Positions 11,514 to 25,066 of a stretch of 64,000 nt of DNA are shown in pieces. The DNA is from Paramecium tetraurelia (Eukaryota): assembly GCA_000165425.1 (NCBI GenBank), contig CT868670.1, forward strand, positions 248,001 through 312,000, given 5' to 3'. Each line of letters opens with the position of its first letter. Position 1 is the first letter of the stretch. The notes beneath the pieces were generated by a model. It had not been told where the DNA came from. It saw only the letters and a list, made by a program, of their open reading frames with translations, and did no database searches. The translations under genes and the position numbers were made by a program.

Positions 11514-13736
11514 TCATTAGTTGTTTTATCAGATAATTGTTTTGATAACCATATTAGTGGTTTACATGGTATTTCACAATTTTCTACTTACTCAGTATAT
11601 TATTGTAGTCGATATGTCTATATTACCAAGTCATCTTTTTGTTTCACACCTTAAGTTTGCTCTAACAATTCATGTTCTTGATACAATTATACAAAACATT
11701 AGTTTTTAAAAGAGTAAGTATATAGAGCTAATAAAAATAATCTCAATCTTAGCTATTCATTTTACGGAAATGTAATTTTCATCCATTTTTGATTAAATAA
11801 ATTCTTAATTTCACTTTAAGTTTCAAAATGTAACAAATGATATATATCACAATTTTTACTAATTGAAAATTCTTATTACTCACTATCATCTAATTGGATA
11901 ATTTGTCTTCTTAACCAAATTGCTATAACATTTTTGTTAGGAAACTATTCAAGAACTGCTAGGAATTTATAATTAATGAACCTTAGTTTTGATTTTTATT
12001 CAAGAAATTACAACTTTGATACACATTAATTCAATTGTATATAGATTGAGTAATTTAAATACAATACATTTTGTGTTAATTGTTTGAGTCGATAACCTAT
12101 AACTTTAAAAAAATTATTTCTATGATGCATTTTTAAATCCTTACACCATTTTTATAATATCAATAAGGATCTTTCCTTTACTAATATTTTAATTATAGTT
12201 TGCATGTTCATGCCATTCTTTTTTACATCTTGATATGCTCTATATTGTCTTTGTATCTTCAAAGCCGCCACAGCTTCTTTCAATTATTTCTCAAATATTG
12301 TAATAAAAACTTATGAAGGATGATCCTTATTGTGCAAAATTATACATTTAATTATCATAGATAGATTTTCTTTGCTTAAGTTTATAACATACAATTATCT
12401 GTATTCTCGAAGTTAAAATTTGTTTATTTATTTTAAACAGTTTTAATATTTAATCTTATCCTGCTTAGGCAATTTGTACATAATAACATATGGTTTTCTA
12501 GCAGGCATCAATTCGTCATACTTTTGCAAATATGAATAAGCATGTACATCCTGACAAAATTATGTCACAGATGTCCATTGTCTTATTATACTCAATGATA
12601 ATTATTGTAGACAGCAACTTATTTTAGCTAAAGAAGCAGGATATGTTAGCATATTCTTAAAATAAATAGGGTTGTTTTAGAAATGTAATTGGTTAGGTAG
12701 CCTAAAAGTGAAAATTTCTGAATCATAAATCTTATTAGGTTTTTAAAAATCCTCATGTAAAAGAGGGGTTTAATCAATAATTGCTTAGATTTCAGGTTTA
12801 TTAATGAGCTTTTTTAAGATTGATTTGAATAGATTCAGTTGTTCTTTATAGAAATAGAGTCTGTGGATATTTCCAATAGATTTAAGTTTAAGTTTATGTT
12901 CAAAATAAAAGGATTTCAAGGATCTGTAAATGATCCTAGCACTCTTTTATTCTTTAATCGCCTTTCCTTTTCTTTGTCTATAATTTTGAACCAGAACTTT
13001 AACCTTCTCAAATTAGGTACTGTATTAATGTGCTAAAAATTAATTAAGGTCTTTTTTGTTCCTAGTAAATCTTATCCAATGCTTAACTGCTTGTCTTACA
13101 AATGCTCTAAATATAAAGTAAAATTTACTGTATTTTTATTTGTTTCTAAACAATTTTTTTGTATTTTTTTCTTGTTAAAAAACATTTAATATTACGTTAG
13201 ATAGTCAAAATGGCAGAACATCTTTGCCAAATTTTTCTGATCACTTCTAGTTCTTTCCACAGCAAAAAAACTATTTAAGATTGATCCTTGAATTCCTTTG
13301 GAGTGCTTATAATTGGCCAAGGGAGGCGACTCTTTTCGGTGGATTACTATAATCTCAATTCTTTGTGTTTCTCTTCATCGGTAATTGCATTAAAATCAAA
13401 TGCCCATAAAGATTTTACTTACGATATAACTTGTCTTCTGAGAGAACATTGAGCCGATACAGGATTTAAGAAAAGAGTGAGATAATTCAAATTGTTGCAT
13501 CCTGAGATTGGTTCTATAGAAAGTTAAGAGATCTGATTCTGATGTAAATATAGGATCCTTAAATTGGTTAGCCTCTTGATATTTGGAATGAGTGTTAGAT
13601 TGCAATTTGACAAATCCAATTTAAGTAGGTTAGTGCATTTTTATACTTAATCCAATTGATTCTTATTCAGTGAGGTTCCAGTCAGCAACAAGACTTTAAC
13701 ATCGGCTGGGACTTGGATGTAAAAAAAATCTGTCAT
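11514..13736 (-). CDS. Leucine-rich-repeat plus IQ-motif protein
   Basis: LRRs NLLKLDLSNCNLTLIPNIKRLTNLRILYLHQNQI and NLNYLTLFLNPV, with an LRRcap (LRRQVISQVKSLWAFDFNAITDEEK); IQ motif AALKIQRQYRAY near 12240-12275. Confidence 0.75.
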
Positions 13737-13794
13737 TTAAAATATATATATTAATAATGAATTATGGATAATATTTTATAAAATAATAAATAAA

Positions 13795-14303
13795 ATGGAC
13801 ACACAACAGGATCAATAATTAAAAAAGAATTAGCTTAAATTCCCTGTGTCCAAAGTGAAAAAAATTGTATAGGAAAATTAAGATGTGGGCAAAATTAATA
13901 ATGTAGTTCCATATGTTTTAAGTATTACTTGAATGTTATTGAAAGCAAAATCACTTGAATTGTTTTTATCAGACATTCTCTCGAAATGTAAAGAGACTTT
14001 GAAAGACAGAAAATTAAATAAGGCTACTCCTGGTTTATTGTAAAAAAGTTATTGAATAAAAGAAAGATTGTTCTACAGGAGTCTCAATACGATTTCATGA
14101 AGGATTATGCGTAAAAATTGCCTGATTTGGAGGAAAGCAAAAAGAAGAAGAAGGGTTTACAATAGGATGAATAGAGCGACGAAGTGGGGAAGAAACGTAA
14201 GGGGAATGATGAGTTTGAGAAGGTGGAGAAGAAAGCAGGAGGACGAAAATCGAAAAGAGTTCGAAGATAATAATCGGATGATGATTATGATGAAGATGAT
14301 TGA
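13795..14303 (+). CDS. DRAP1: Negative cofactor 2 alpha (DRAP1/Bur6), histone-fold protein
   Basis: KFPVSKVKKIVQENQDVGKINNVVPYVL-SKSLELFLSDIL...YDFMKD; acidic tail; two short introns. Confidence 0.85.
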
Positions 14304-14318
14304 ATTTAAATTTATTTA

Positions 14319-15954
14319 ATGGGGGAGAAAAGAATCGACAAATATCTCTTCAATCCTAAAGATCTTATCGGAGAAGGTTCATATGCTCAAGTGTACAGAG
14401 GACGAGAGGAGAAGACAGGAGTCAAGGTGGCCATTAAAGTATTGAACAAATAAGTCATCAATGCGTATTAATATTTGAAAAATGTTCAGAGACGATTATT
14501 TAAGAGAGGGGTTGATTTCAGAAATCAAGGTCATGCAGAAATTGAAGAGTCCTAATATCGTACAACTTATGGATGTGATGGAAACTAATAACAATTATTA
14601 TATAATACAGGAATACTGTGATAGTGGAGATTTGGATAAATTGATAGAAAAGTATCAATAGACTCTAAATTAGTTATGTGTCACAAAAAAAGACTATGCC
14701 TGAAAAGGATGCTGTCAAATTTATGATTGACATTTTAAATGGATTTATCTAGCTAATTAAAAATGGAATCATTCATAGAGATCTCAAACCTGCCAACATC
14801 CTAATAGATAAAGGAGTATTCTTATTAAAATCATTTAGACATTCAAATTGGCAGATTTCGGATTTGCAAAATGTGTTGATAATTTTAAAAAGGATATGTT
14901 AGCATCATTAGTAGGAACACCACTTTATATGTCTCCTCAAATCTTGGATAACAAAAAATATACTTCAAAGACTGATATTTGGAGTATAGCATTTATTTTC
15001 TATGAAGCATTGTTCGGCAAAAGTATTTCAACTACTAATCATATCTTTTTTTAGCTCCCTGGACTGCCAGATCACCATAAGAGTTACTGAAAAATATTAG
15101 AAATCAGCCTCTTCAATTCAAGGGACCACAAATTTCAAAGGAAGCTTAAGAATTCTTAACTGGATGTTTGTAAGCTGAGGAAAAAGATAGATTGTCATGG
15201 GATGATATCTATAGACATCCACTCTTTAAAGGACATTTCACAGATTTCATAAAGAATGTTAGCATTTTGGAAGATAAAGCAACTTATCTCATTAATGATA
15301 TCAGATAAATGATTATAAAAGAATAATTAGATATTGGGGAATTGTTTGCTGAGTTGGATATGACTAAAGATAAAGCATTAAATGTTAATGAACTTGGAAA
15401 ATTCTTAACAAGGGTTGATAAAAATTTAACAAGAGAAGAAATTGAATACATATTTAATAAATTTGATGATGATGGCAACAATTTAATTGAATTCAATGAA
15501 TTTAAAAAATGGCTGGAGGAAAATGATGTAAATATTAATTCTGATTTCCATTTTAGTGTAGAATGACCGCTTCAGAAGTAAGTAGAACAAAGAAGAAAGT
15601 CAGCATTCTTTTGAAACCTTAGTAAGATATATAGGCTGGATCACTCGATGACAGAGCTAGAATTGTAATTGATAAGTTGAAAACTTCAATTGTCAAATAT
15701 AATATCAACCTTTTAGATTTATTTAATAAGGTAATTATATCTTTTGATTTAAGTATGATAAATCAGCAAATCATGAGCTAGATGTTCTAGAATTGGGCAA
15801 ACTATTAAAACGTATAGATTCTTCTGTGACAGATGAAGAATGCAAATCCATTTTTGTTTTTTTTGATCATAATAAAGATGGATCAGTTTCATTCAATGAA
15901 TTCGAATTTGTGCTGAAAGAATGCTTAGTTAAATAAAAGCTAAAACAGCAATGA
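14319..15954 (+). CDS. ULK/Atg1-family Ser/Thr kinase with C-terminal EF-hands
   Basis: IGEGSYAQV, VAIK, HRDLKPANIL, ADFGFAK, LVGTPLYMSPQIL, followed by EF-hand loops FDDDGNNLIEFNEF and FDHNKDGSVSFNEF plus two degenerate ones. Confidence 0.9.
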
Positions 15955-16059
15955 TTTATCTATCTATCATAAAATAGTAAAATTAAGTAATTATAGTATC
16001 AACCATTCGATTTAATTTTAATACTGTGATGTTTATATTATTCAACTTTAGTTAATAAT

Positions 16060-18401
16060 TCATTTAAAAATAAGGTGATTCTCCTATTGTAATTTCTCAA
16101 ATTTCTAAATAAGTAACTCTTTGAACCAATCTCCAAATTATTGCTACTACTATGAAGATAAGGAATCTATGTATTTGACATCATCGAAATTTTAAAATCT
16201 CAAATAAAACTATTATTATAGCGAATCTAATACTTTAGAGAAATCGAAGTAAGTAAATTGGAGAACTTAAACTCTTTCGATTCCATAAACCTACAATAAT
16301 TGCCATAATTTAGAACATATCACATCAACGATGACTCCCTATTAATCTAATTACACAACATGTAAGAAATTATCAACATTTAGGATATAACTAAATATAA
16401 GTTGATATTACTATGTTTCCGTGCTATGGAAATGTCCTGTTTCACTGTATTCACAAGCCATCTTTGCACAATCAGGCTTATCCCCAATCTAATATATAGG
16501 TACTTGAAGTTTTGTCAGTTCAGGATATTATTCATTAATCTTTGGAAGATCCTCAAAAATCTAATGCTAAGATAGTAGGATGCAATATTCGAGTTTCTAA
16601 ATTTTAGCCAAAGAACTATATGGGTCAAAAAGTATGGCATATTTTTCATGATGAACATTGATTTATTAATCAATAATGAATTCTCTTTTGATTGATAGTG
16701 GTTTTCTAAAATAAAATTCTATTGTACTTCTTAAAAATATCTATTAATTAATCTAGAAAAAACTAGGATGTTTTGATATTTAAAATAAGCTCTGTCAATA
16801 TCTAGTGATATAATTGTTTAATATAATTTTGAGAATCAAATTATTATTTAAATGCGTATATGATGTCTAGTGATAAAATAACAACAACTAATTGCTAATC
16901 TTGCTCTGATGCAAGTTTAAGAATCTAGAATATAAATAATAATTACATATTAATAGTAAGTTTATATATTATGTTGATTGCCTAATTCCTTCATAAAAAG
17001 GAGAACATAAATTAACACTTCCTTATTTGAACTATGTTAATAAACACTATTTAAGATTTAGCTTTCCTATATTTTAATCTCACTTTCTATTCTTTATTAT
17101 TAATTTATGCAATCCACTTGCTTCAATTATTATAGACTCATTTTAATTTCTAAATTCTCGTGTTTTAGATCTAATAAATCAATAGGCTTTGAAGTTTAAT
17201 AGATTTGAAGACATAGCTTTTTCATAAAATCTGGGTCATTATCGTAAGCATTAGAATATCCCCAAAATTCTTCATTAATTGTGATTTTTGATTTGTCTTG
17301 GGAGAGGAAAACTTAATATATGTATTGGATAATTTTAGCATTCGTCCTAAAATATAACAGTAGTAAAAGGAAGGCTTGAAGAGCAACAGCAATATGAAAG
17401 TGTTGCTATTGAATTATTATGATAACTTACATAGCCATACTTGATAACTTGACTTAATTGGATTACAGGTCTCTGAATTGCATAATCTAAAATTAATTAT
17501 TCCAAATATTCATTATTTATAAAGAGATCATGAATATATTATAATTATTCTTTTAACTCTTCAGATAGCATTGCTAATTGGTCTTACTACTAACCTTCAA
17601 ATCGCCACTTGATTTTTTCAACAACCACATTGATCTATTTGATAGTAAGCAAAACTTAATTTCCCAAGTTGAAATAATATTGTAGAAATGGAAAGCTTTT
17701 GGTATAAGCTATGATATTTTGATTTTTGACTAAAAATAACTATAAAATATTACTATTAAGAATATGCAGAACAATTGATCTACTTTTATTTCTCACCATC
17801 AATTCAGGATGATTATAGAATCGGATAGCATTCCATAAAAGTGGAAACTATGGATATTTGAGATTAATAAAAAACATTGTTGTAATGTCATCTAGTTTCA
17901 CTGCCAATAAATTCAAAAAGCTGATATATGTTTCTACAATCTCGATATTCGGTTAATATTATTCAAACGATTGTTTCCATAAAACCATATTTGAAATGCT
18001 AGAATGGGATAAGATGTAATTCTTATTAGTGATCTCTTTCACATTGATCAATAATGAACTTACCTATTCAAAAATCTATAAATATTCGTTGATTCTCTTA
18101 CTTCTTAAATCAATGAATGATGACATAATCTTCGTTATAAGATGTCATATAATCTATTGAGAACATCGATTTCCATAAATTGCTCAAATAATTACTTATG
18201 CAATTCATTGTCTCCTTTGATAGCATAGAGAATGATTTGCCTAATGACAGAAATGATTTTGGTTGGATTGGTTGGTTCATTTTGGTATTTAATTATATCA
18301 CCAACCAAAACTAGAAAATGTTCTTGATCTGACTGATTCTGTGTGATAGGCTCTTATTATTCGGCATTGGATGCTTTAAGATAATTAAGAAATTTTTTCA
18401 T
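16060..18401 (-). CDS. CLEC16A: FPL-domain protein (CLEC16A/GOP-1/TT9 family)
   Basis: LFEQFMEIDVL...YILSH...EIVETYISFLNLLAVKLDDITTMFFINLKYPQFPLLWNAIRFYNHPELMVRNKSRSIVLHIL matches the FPL domain. With short introns the frame continues to TGA at 16060-16062. Confidence 0.8.
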
Positions 18402-18586
18402 TATTAATTATTAATCATGATTATATAATTATTGAAAAAAAAAATATAAATAATACAGAATATATAAATCTAATGAATGAGAGTTTCTTATGAGCACAGT
18501 AAGGTCGGATAATCTTGGTCTTGTGAATATGTGTGTTTTTTATTTGGAATTATTTATATTATCACTTAATAAAAATAATTAACGAA

Positions 18587-20633
18587 ATGAGTCAATCAAC
18601 AGCAAAAAACTTAAGGGATTTGTTGATTAAGCAACAACTCAATAGCAAAATCAAATTTAAAGGGGAACCAGTCAATAAAATACAACCGACTAGAAAATAA
18701 TCAGGGAATTGGGATAAAAAAGCGGATGTATCTCAATGCTCTTGCAATTAAAAAAATTGCACTGTTTGTATGAAGAAAAGGGTTGTGATTAATGCTTCGC
18801 CTCTATTAAAAGTTAAGGTAGCAACCAAAAATTAAGCTTGTGATCAAGATAGTAGAAGAGAAATTAAAGTAACAAGTTCAGTTTCTGCTCATCAATCTCC
18901 TAACCGCGAGAAATAGTATTAAATGCAATAAATGTTCTTACAAAAGTAATTACAAAGCCACCTATAACAATTATAAGAATCTCGTCCTCAGTCCAAATAA
19001 GCTCCTAAAGAACAAAGCAAAAAGCCATAATTTTATCATAACATGGAAAATTTTTTAAATAACTATTATCAAAAGGGAAATTTAAGTAATTCATAGTTGT
19101 ATGAGAACAGTTATAATGTTAAGTCCAAAGTCATACCAAAAAGGATTGAATCAAAAAGTCACGTCCTTAGCAACACTTAAACATCTTTTAAGTTGAAACT
19201 TAATCAACAAGGACCTAAATTTTCAGCTGTATCTTATTTCTTCAATTATTAGATTATCAATTCAGGATTAGTTGAATCAGCTCCAAATTCTCCCAATAAT
19301 CATGAAAATTCTACAAAGAGCAAAATCACTCCAAATGATTCTATCTCGAAAAGTAAAATCAATTAAAATGACTCGAAATCTAGTGAAATCAGAAGAAAAT
19401 CTACAGGAGAAATCTCAGAAAAAACTCAAGTTCTCGGTTTGAAAATAGATGAATAGGTAGGTAGATTACATTTTAAATTTCTATACGTGATTGGAAAAGG
19501 AGGTTTCGGAAGAGTTTGGAGAGTTGAAATGAAAAAGAATAAAAAATTATTCGCCTTAAAAGAAATGTCCAAGGCTAAAGTCATCTAAAAAAGAAGTGTC
19601 AATTCAGTGTTGAATGAAAAGTACCTCTTAGAACACTTACATCATCCCTTTTTAGTTAACATGTGGTATGCATTCTAAGACAGAGAAAATCTATTTTTAA
19701 TCATAGATCTATTAACTGGAGGAGATCTCAGATTTCACTTAGGTAAAATGAGAAGATTTAGTGAAGCATAAACAAGTATATAAAAATAATAATCTTTTTA
19801 GAATTCTTCGTTGCTTGTATTTTATTGGCTTTAACCTATCTTCATTAAAATGGAATCATTCATAGGGATCTCAAACCTGAAAATTTGGTTTTGGATGAAG
19901 ATGGTTATATGAGATTAACAGACTTGGGGATTGCCAGAATGAATAAAGGAAATAACGCTGGAGATACTTCAGGAACACCTGGTTACATGGCTCCAGAAGT
20001 CATGTGTAGGATGGATCATTCAGTTGTGGCTGACTATTATGCATTAGGTGTCATTACCTATGAGTTAATGTTGGGAAGAAGACCATATAATGGTAGAACC
20101 AGATAAGATATTCGAGAACAAATTCTTGCAAAGCAGGTTTAAGTTAAAAAAGAGGAATTACCCTTAGGATGGAGTGAGAATTCCCTTGATTTTGTGAATT
20201 AGGTAAATACTATGCATTAATATTCAGTTAATTCTAAGAAAACCAGAAAGGAGATTAGGTAGCAATGGAATTGAAGAAATTCTACATCATCCTTGGTTAA
20301 AAGGTTATCCCTGGGATGATTTACTGAAGAAAAAGATTCAAGCCCTTTATGTACCTGGGGTATTAGTTCTTCTTTTATAAAGGCTGTTGATGACAATTTC
20401 GATTTTTAAAACTAGATTTCTGAGGAAACACAATTAAATGATGAATAATTGTTAGAAAATTAAACTCTTTTGAGAAGAGATACTGTTCAATGTATTACAA
20501 ATGAATAAATAAATTAGCGTTATTTGAAGGATATCACTATGACATAGAACTAAAAAACATTCAACATCAACAGACTTAAAAGAATCATTCATAAAGAAAA
20601 TCATAACCTGTTTCTCCTGAAAAAAAAGTATGA
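18587..20633 (+). CDS. AGC-group Ser/Thr kinase with long disordered N-terminus
   Basis: [46 protein letters not shown], and an AGC-type tail (RLGSNGIEEILHHPW...DNFD). Confidence 0.92.
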
Positions 20634-21260
20634 TGTCAACAATATATTATTATTGATATTAATTTTGATCAGTCTTCAATCTTTCTTCTATATTTTAAAG
20701 TAATGAACTTGAAGATAAACAAATTCTGGCAATTATCAAGCATTATTCTAATTTCTGATTAATTATTATTAATATTTTTTAATTATCATAATAATAAGAA
20801 GGATAAAAATAGTTGAAAGTAGAAGAAGCATATTAAGAACATAATAATATAATCTATTATTACAGATAAATCTTAAATAATTATTTAAAAACTCACCTTA
20901 TTGAATAAGTAGTGGAAATCTTAATATTCTATTAGGTAGTATAAATTGCTTTAATTAACATTATGTGGATTTAAAATAGAAGATTTGCTTGAGAGGCTAT
21001 GTTTGGATGAATTATCAATCTTGAAATTTATCTCACAGCTACTTCTAGAATTAATTTCTCTTTATTACCTAAGAAATTTACTAGAATTGAATGTATATTT
21101 AATCAGAACTAGATGTTATTTAATCTTCAACATTCGTAGTTTAAGATCTAAATGAAATTGAATAGATTTATGTTGTATAAAAAATATCTATGAATATAAT
21201 TTTAGATTTTATAAATTTCAAAATAATAATTATAATATATATGAAATATGTAAGATTAAT

Positions 21261-21924
21261 TCATTTTGCTTTATTTTAATTTTTATTTGAGCTATCTTTC
21301 ATTCCTTATATCATTTTTACACTCCAATAACCTCCACCGAATATAGCAACGAACAACACTAAAAAGAATGCATAATGAAAATAGTTTGGTTTTGTAAGTA
21401 GAGTCGGTACAGCTTAGTTTGTTTTATATGCATCTTGCCAATCCTATTCAACTTATTAAGTCTGCTTATATTATTATTTAATTTAATTTTATTTGTTAAG
21501 TTCGCCTAAGTCCTTCTCCATCTTCTTGATAATTCTCAATAAGGTTTCTTCTTCTTTAGTTAATTTAAATTCTATGCCAATATATTATTTATAATCAAAG
21601 TCCTTTACAACATCTTTGTAACTTAAACTCAAATAATTCTAAATATTCAATTTAAAAATTACTTCATTGTTGATATCAATCAAAGATTCACATTACAAAA
21701 TCATAGACATTTATATTTTATGAAAGATCAATGTCTTATTAGCATTTTATACACTTTCAATAATTTTGCCCATATTGTCTTTTTCATTATTAATATCCTT
21801 AATAGTTTTCATCCAACAGGCACCAATTTTTTTAGACAGTCTAGATAAACCAAATAAGTTACTCTTCTTCTTCGATGTCTTAACCTAGTGTTAGAACAAA
21901 TAATAAAAACGCTAATTAAATCAT
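21261..21924 (-). CDS. Hypothetical membrane protein (signal peptide plus C-terminal TM)
   Basis: MIQLAFLLFVLTLGQDIEEE...; YAFFLVFVAIFGGGYWSVK near the C-terminus; short introns. Confidence 0.7.
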
Positions 21925-22072
21925 AAACGTGTATAAATTAATTATAAATATTATAAATAACTTAAAGAACAAATTAAATTGAAAAATCTTGGACTTGATA
22001 TAATTATTAGAAATGAATATATTGATATTAAATAAATTGATTAGAAGTGATAATATAAATTATCAGCTAATA

Positions 22073-22968
22073 ATGATTTATAAATTAATTGGAATTTCAG
22101 GTTATCTTATTTATCTGATCTACTTTACCAAGTTTTTGGAGTATATCTGGCCAAATGAGATACAAAATAGTAATGTATTATTGTAATTTAGAAAATGCAT
22201 TCTTTATTGTGGTCATGGTAGTCGTTCAAAATGTAATTTAAGTTCTCGTTTGTGCATATTATTAGATATTTTATTCGCTGAATCATCCATTCTTTGAATA
22301 ATATAAACTAGTTTAGGTATATATGAATTATGAAATAAGAAACCATGGCCTTGGGAAAAGAACAAAGAAGAATGGAAAAAAATGAAAATAAAAACCTTAA
22401 AATCAATTATCTTAAATTAATCCCTGGCTGCTTTGCTTGTTACAGTGATACCGCCATTTCAATGTAGAATGGATACTCTCAGTTTTCCAAGCTACTTAGA
22501 AATTATGAAACACGTCATTATTTGTCATCTTAGCGAGGATTTCATATTTTATTGGAGTCATAGAATTTTACATTTACCAAAGTTGTATCCAAAGATTCAT
22601 AAAGTGCATCATTAATACAATGTTTCAAGTAAGATATGTAACTATACTTAGTTGCCATTGCGACTGAATATGCTCATCCTATAGAATTTATATCTAGTAA
22701 CATAATTCCAATTTTCTCTGGTCCTTACCTATTAGGCGATCGAATTCATTGTATAACAATTCTAATTTATGTTGGATTGCATTTGTCAAAAGCCATACAC
22801 CAACATTGTGGGTATGTTTTCCCTTGGGAACTCTATAATTATTTGCCCTTTGCTACGAATTCGATCCATCATGGATTGCATCATAGTGAAAACAATGGTA
22901 ATTATGGATCACAATTCGTTCTGTTTGATAAGTTGTTTGGCACTTGCATCGAGTATAAGGTAAAGTGA
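22073..22968 (+). CDS. Sterol desaturase / C-4 methylsterol oxidase (ERG25-like), fatty acid hydroxylase superfamily
   Basis: His boxes EDFIFYWSHRILH, IHKVHH, EYAHP, HQHCGY and HHGLHH...GNYGS. Confidence 0.9.
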
Positions 22969-23028
22969 ATTCAATCAATGATAATTTGTTAACATTTGAT
23001 TTAATTATTAATATATATATTACAGTTA

Positions 23029-23753
23029 ATGAATAAGTCAAGGGATTGGAATATTGTGGATGATGAATTAAATCGAAAATTAAAATAGTCACAAGAAATA
23101 AAATCATAATTAGATGACTAATCGACTGAATAGCTACTGTAAAATAAGGATTAGAATTAGGGTATGCATAATCTAATTCAAATTTAGAGTATAATAGCGA
23201 TGTAAATTATTATAAGGAGTTTTGGAGATACTATATTCTAAATGAAATGGCTATAAAGAAAGTCAATGAACTTCATTCTTAAAATTAAAAATTGCATGAA
23301 TTAATAGGAGATATAGATGTAAACCTAAGTGATATTATTAAGAAATTATAATAAGAATTGCATTTTGCTCGTGAGTTATCGTCATAAAAAGAAAAATAGA
23401 AGGACTTCCTAGGAAATTGAGAAGAGTTTTGTTTGTCCTTATGAAAAATGTAATAAACAGTATGGAAGTGATGTTTCTTTGAATTTGCACATCAAATTGA
23501 AGCATGATGGAGGCAATAAAACTGATAGAGAAAAATTTGCAGTAAATACATCACCTATTCTATAATTAGAAAATGATTATTGAGGCTCAGTAAAATGGAG
23601 AAGTTATCACAGATATGAATATTAATATCAAATTCCCTCCTGGTTATTTAGATGTAATTATACAATATCATTATATAGTAATTTAAGAACCAATTCCTGA
23701 ACACTTAATAAAATTAGTTAAATTAAGAACGAAAGTCAATCGAATAAGATTGA
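23029..23753 (+). CDS. C2H2 zinc-finger protein
   Basis: RRTSQEIEKSFVCPYEKCNKQYGSDVSLNLHIKLKHDGG; three short introns. Confidence 0.85.
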
Positions 23754-23909
23754 ATTTAAATTAAATATATTTATTCTTGTTTTGAAATTACAATTTTATC
23801 ATTTCTTAAATGATTATAATTCTACACCTTTGGGTTTTATTTATTTATCCTAAATTGCTGATGCATTCTCAGAAGCAATTTAATCGAAATACTAAATATT
23901 AATTATATT

Positions 23910-24639
23910 ATGATTAAATTTATGTTTCCATTAGTTGTTCTTGTTTCGATTACACTTCAATAATAATTAACACATTAAACGTTGAGACCTTAGAAGTTAA
24001 ATTAGGAATTTCTATCTGAAAGAATGGACTGCAAATCTAATCTATCAATAATTAGTGATATTTGTAATAATTGCAAAGCAAATCATGCATACCTATTAGA
24101 TGAGGAGAATTGGCTAATTATTGGAGTATATCATGAATTTGGGTAACTCTTAATTACTAAAGAAGTAAAGAATATAAAGAATTGATTGAATCGATCTAAA
24201 AGTATTACTAGAAGGGTGTCATTTATGCAACCTTTAATTCTGAATTTATTTGTTTATCTATCTCAGATGCAAATGTAAGTTTAGAAGAATTTTTACATAA
24301 AATGTACTACTATCAATTACCAAAGTCATTTTATCCATTAGACAAACGTACCTTTATTATATTATTAGGTCTGTAAATTGTGTTAAATGTGAAATAGATG
24401 TGAGATATAATTCAACCATCAATAATTTTACTATTACTAACTTTGTATTTAATGGCTATTCTAACACTGATCGATATCTATCAGAATTGTTGAATTATAA
24501 TGTATCCATAATCAATCACAATGTAAAATTAATAATAATTGAAGGTTACCTTAAATAAATCAGGCATATTTTCAGATAACTCTCAAACAAATTAAATCTA
24601 GTTATATTAGAATGTAGTTGGATCAAAATACTTAAATGA
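23910..24639 (+). CDS. Hypothetical secreted protein
   Basis: Signal-peptide-like MIKFMFPLVVLVSITLQ; frame maintained with two short introns; 3' end uncertain. Confidence 0.45.
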
Positions 24640-25066
24640 AACATTAAAACTGCGCTTTTAGTAATTTGGTTAAGGGGTTGAAAGCTTTATTAATGGAACA
24701 TTTGGACCGTATTACCAAGAAGCTCTTAATATTTAAAAGTCAAAAAATTCAAAAAGTGAATTAACAGTAAAATTTTCAAAAGAAAAAAATGCTAATAAAA
24801 AAAAATACAATTTATATTTCAGCTTTGATTGAGACATATTTTAATAATATTGTTATTTATTTATTTGGCTTAATATACTTGAATAGAATTCTTATAGTCA
24901 ATTTTATATGAATAATTACATTTATAGAATAATCTTTTAGATTACTTACAATAATTTAATAAATAAAATAATGAATCGAGATAATTATTTTTGAGAAGAG
25001 TTCTTAATAAATAGAATTTTATTATTTAAAGTATTTTATTGAAAAGATTATAACCCTATTAAAGGT

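Noticed and set aside
16650..17060. Plus-strand fragments resembling a decayed WD40 (PEX7-like) gene
   Set aside because: The region is explained by the continuing minus-strand frame of the CLEC16A/FPL gene, so the resemblance is coincidental.
18470..18540. Slightly GC-richer intergenic patch, considered as a C/D snoRNA
   Set aside because: It has no proper RUGAUGA/CUGA box pair or terminal stem, and is more simply part of a divergent promoter.
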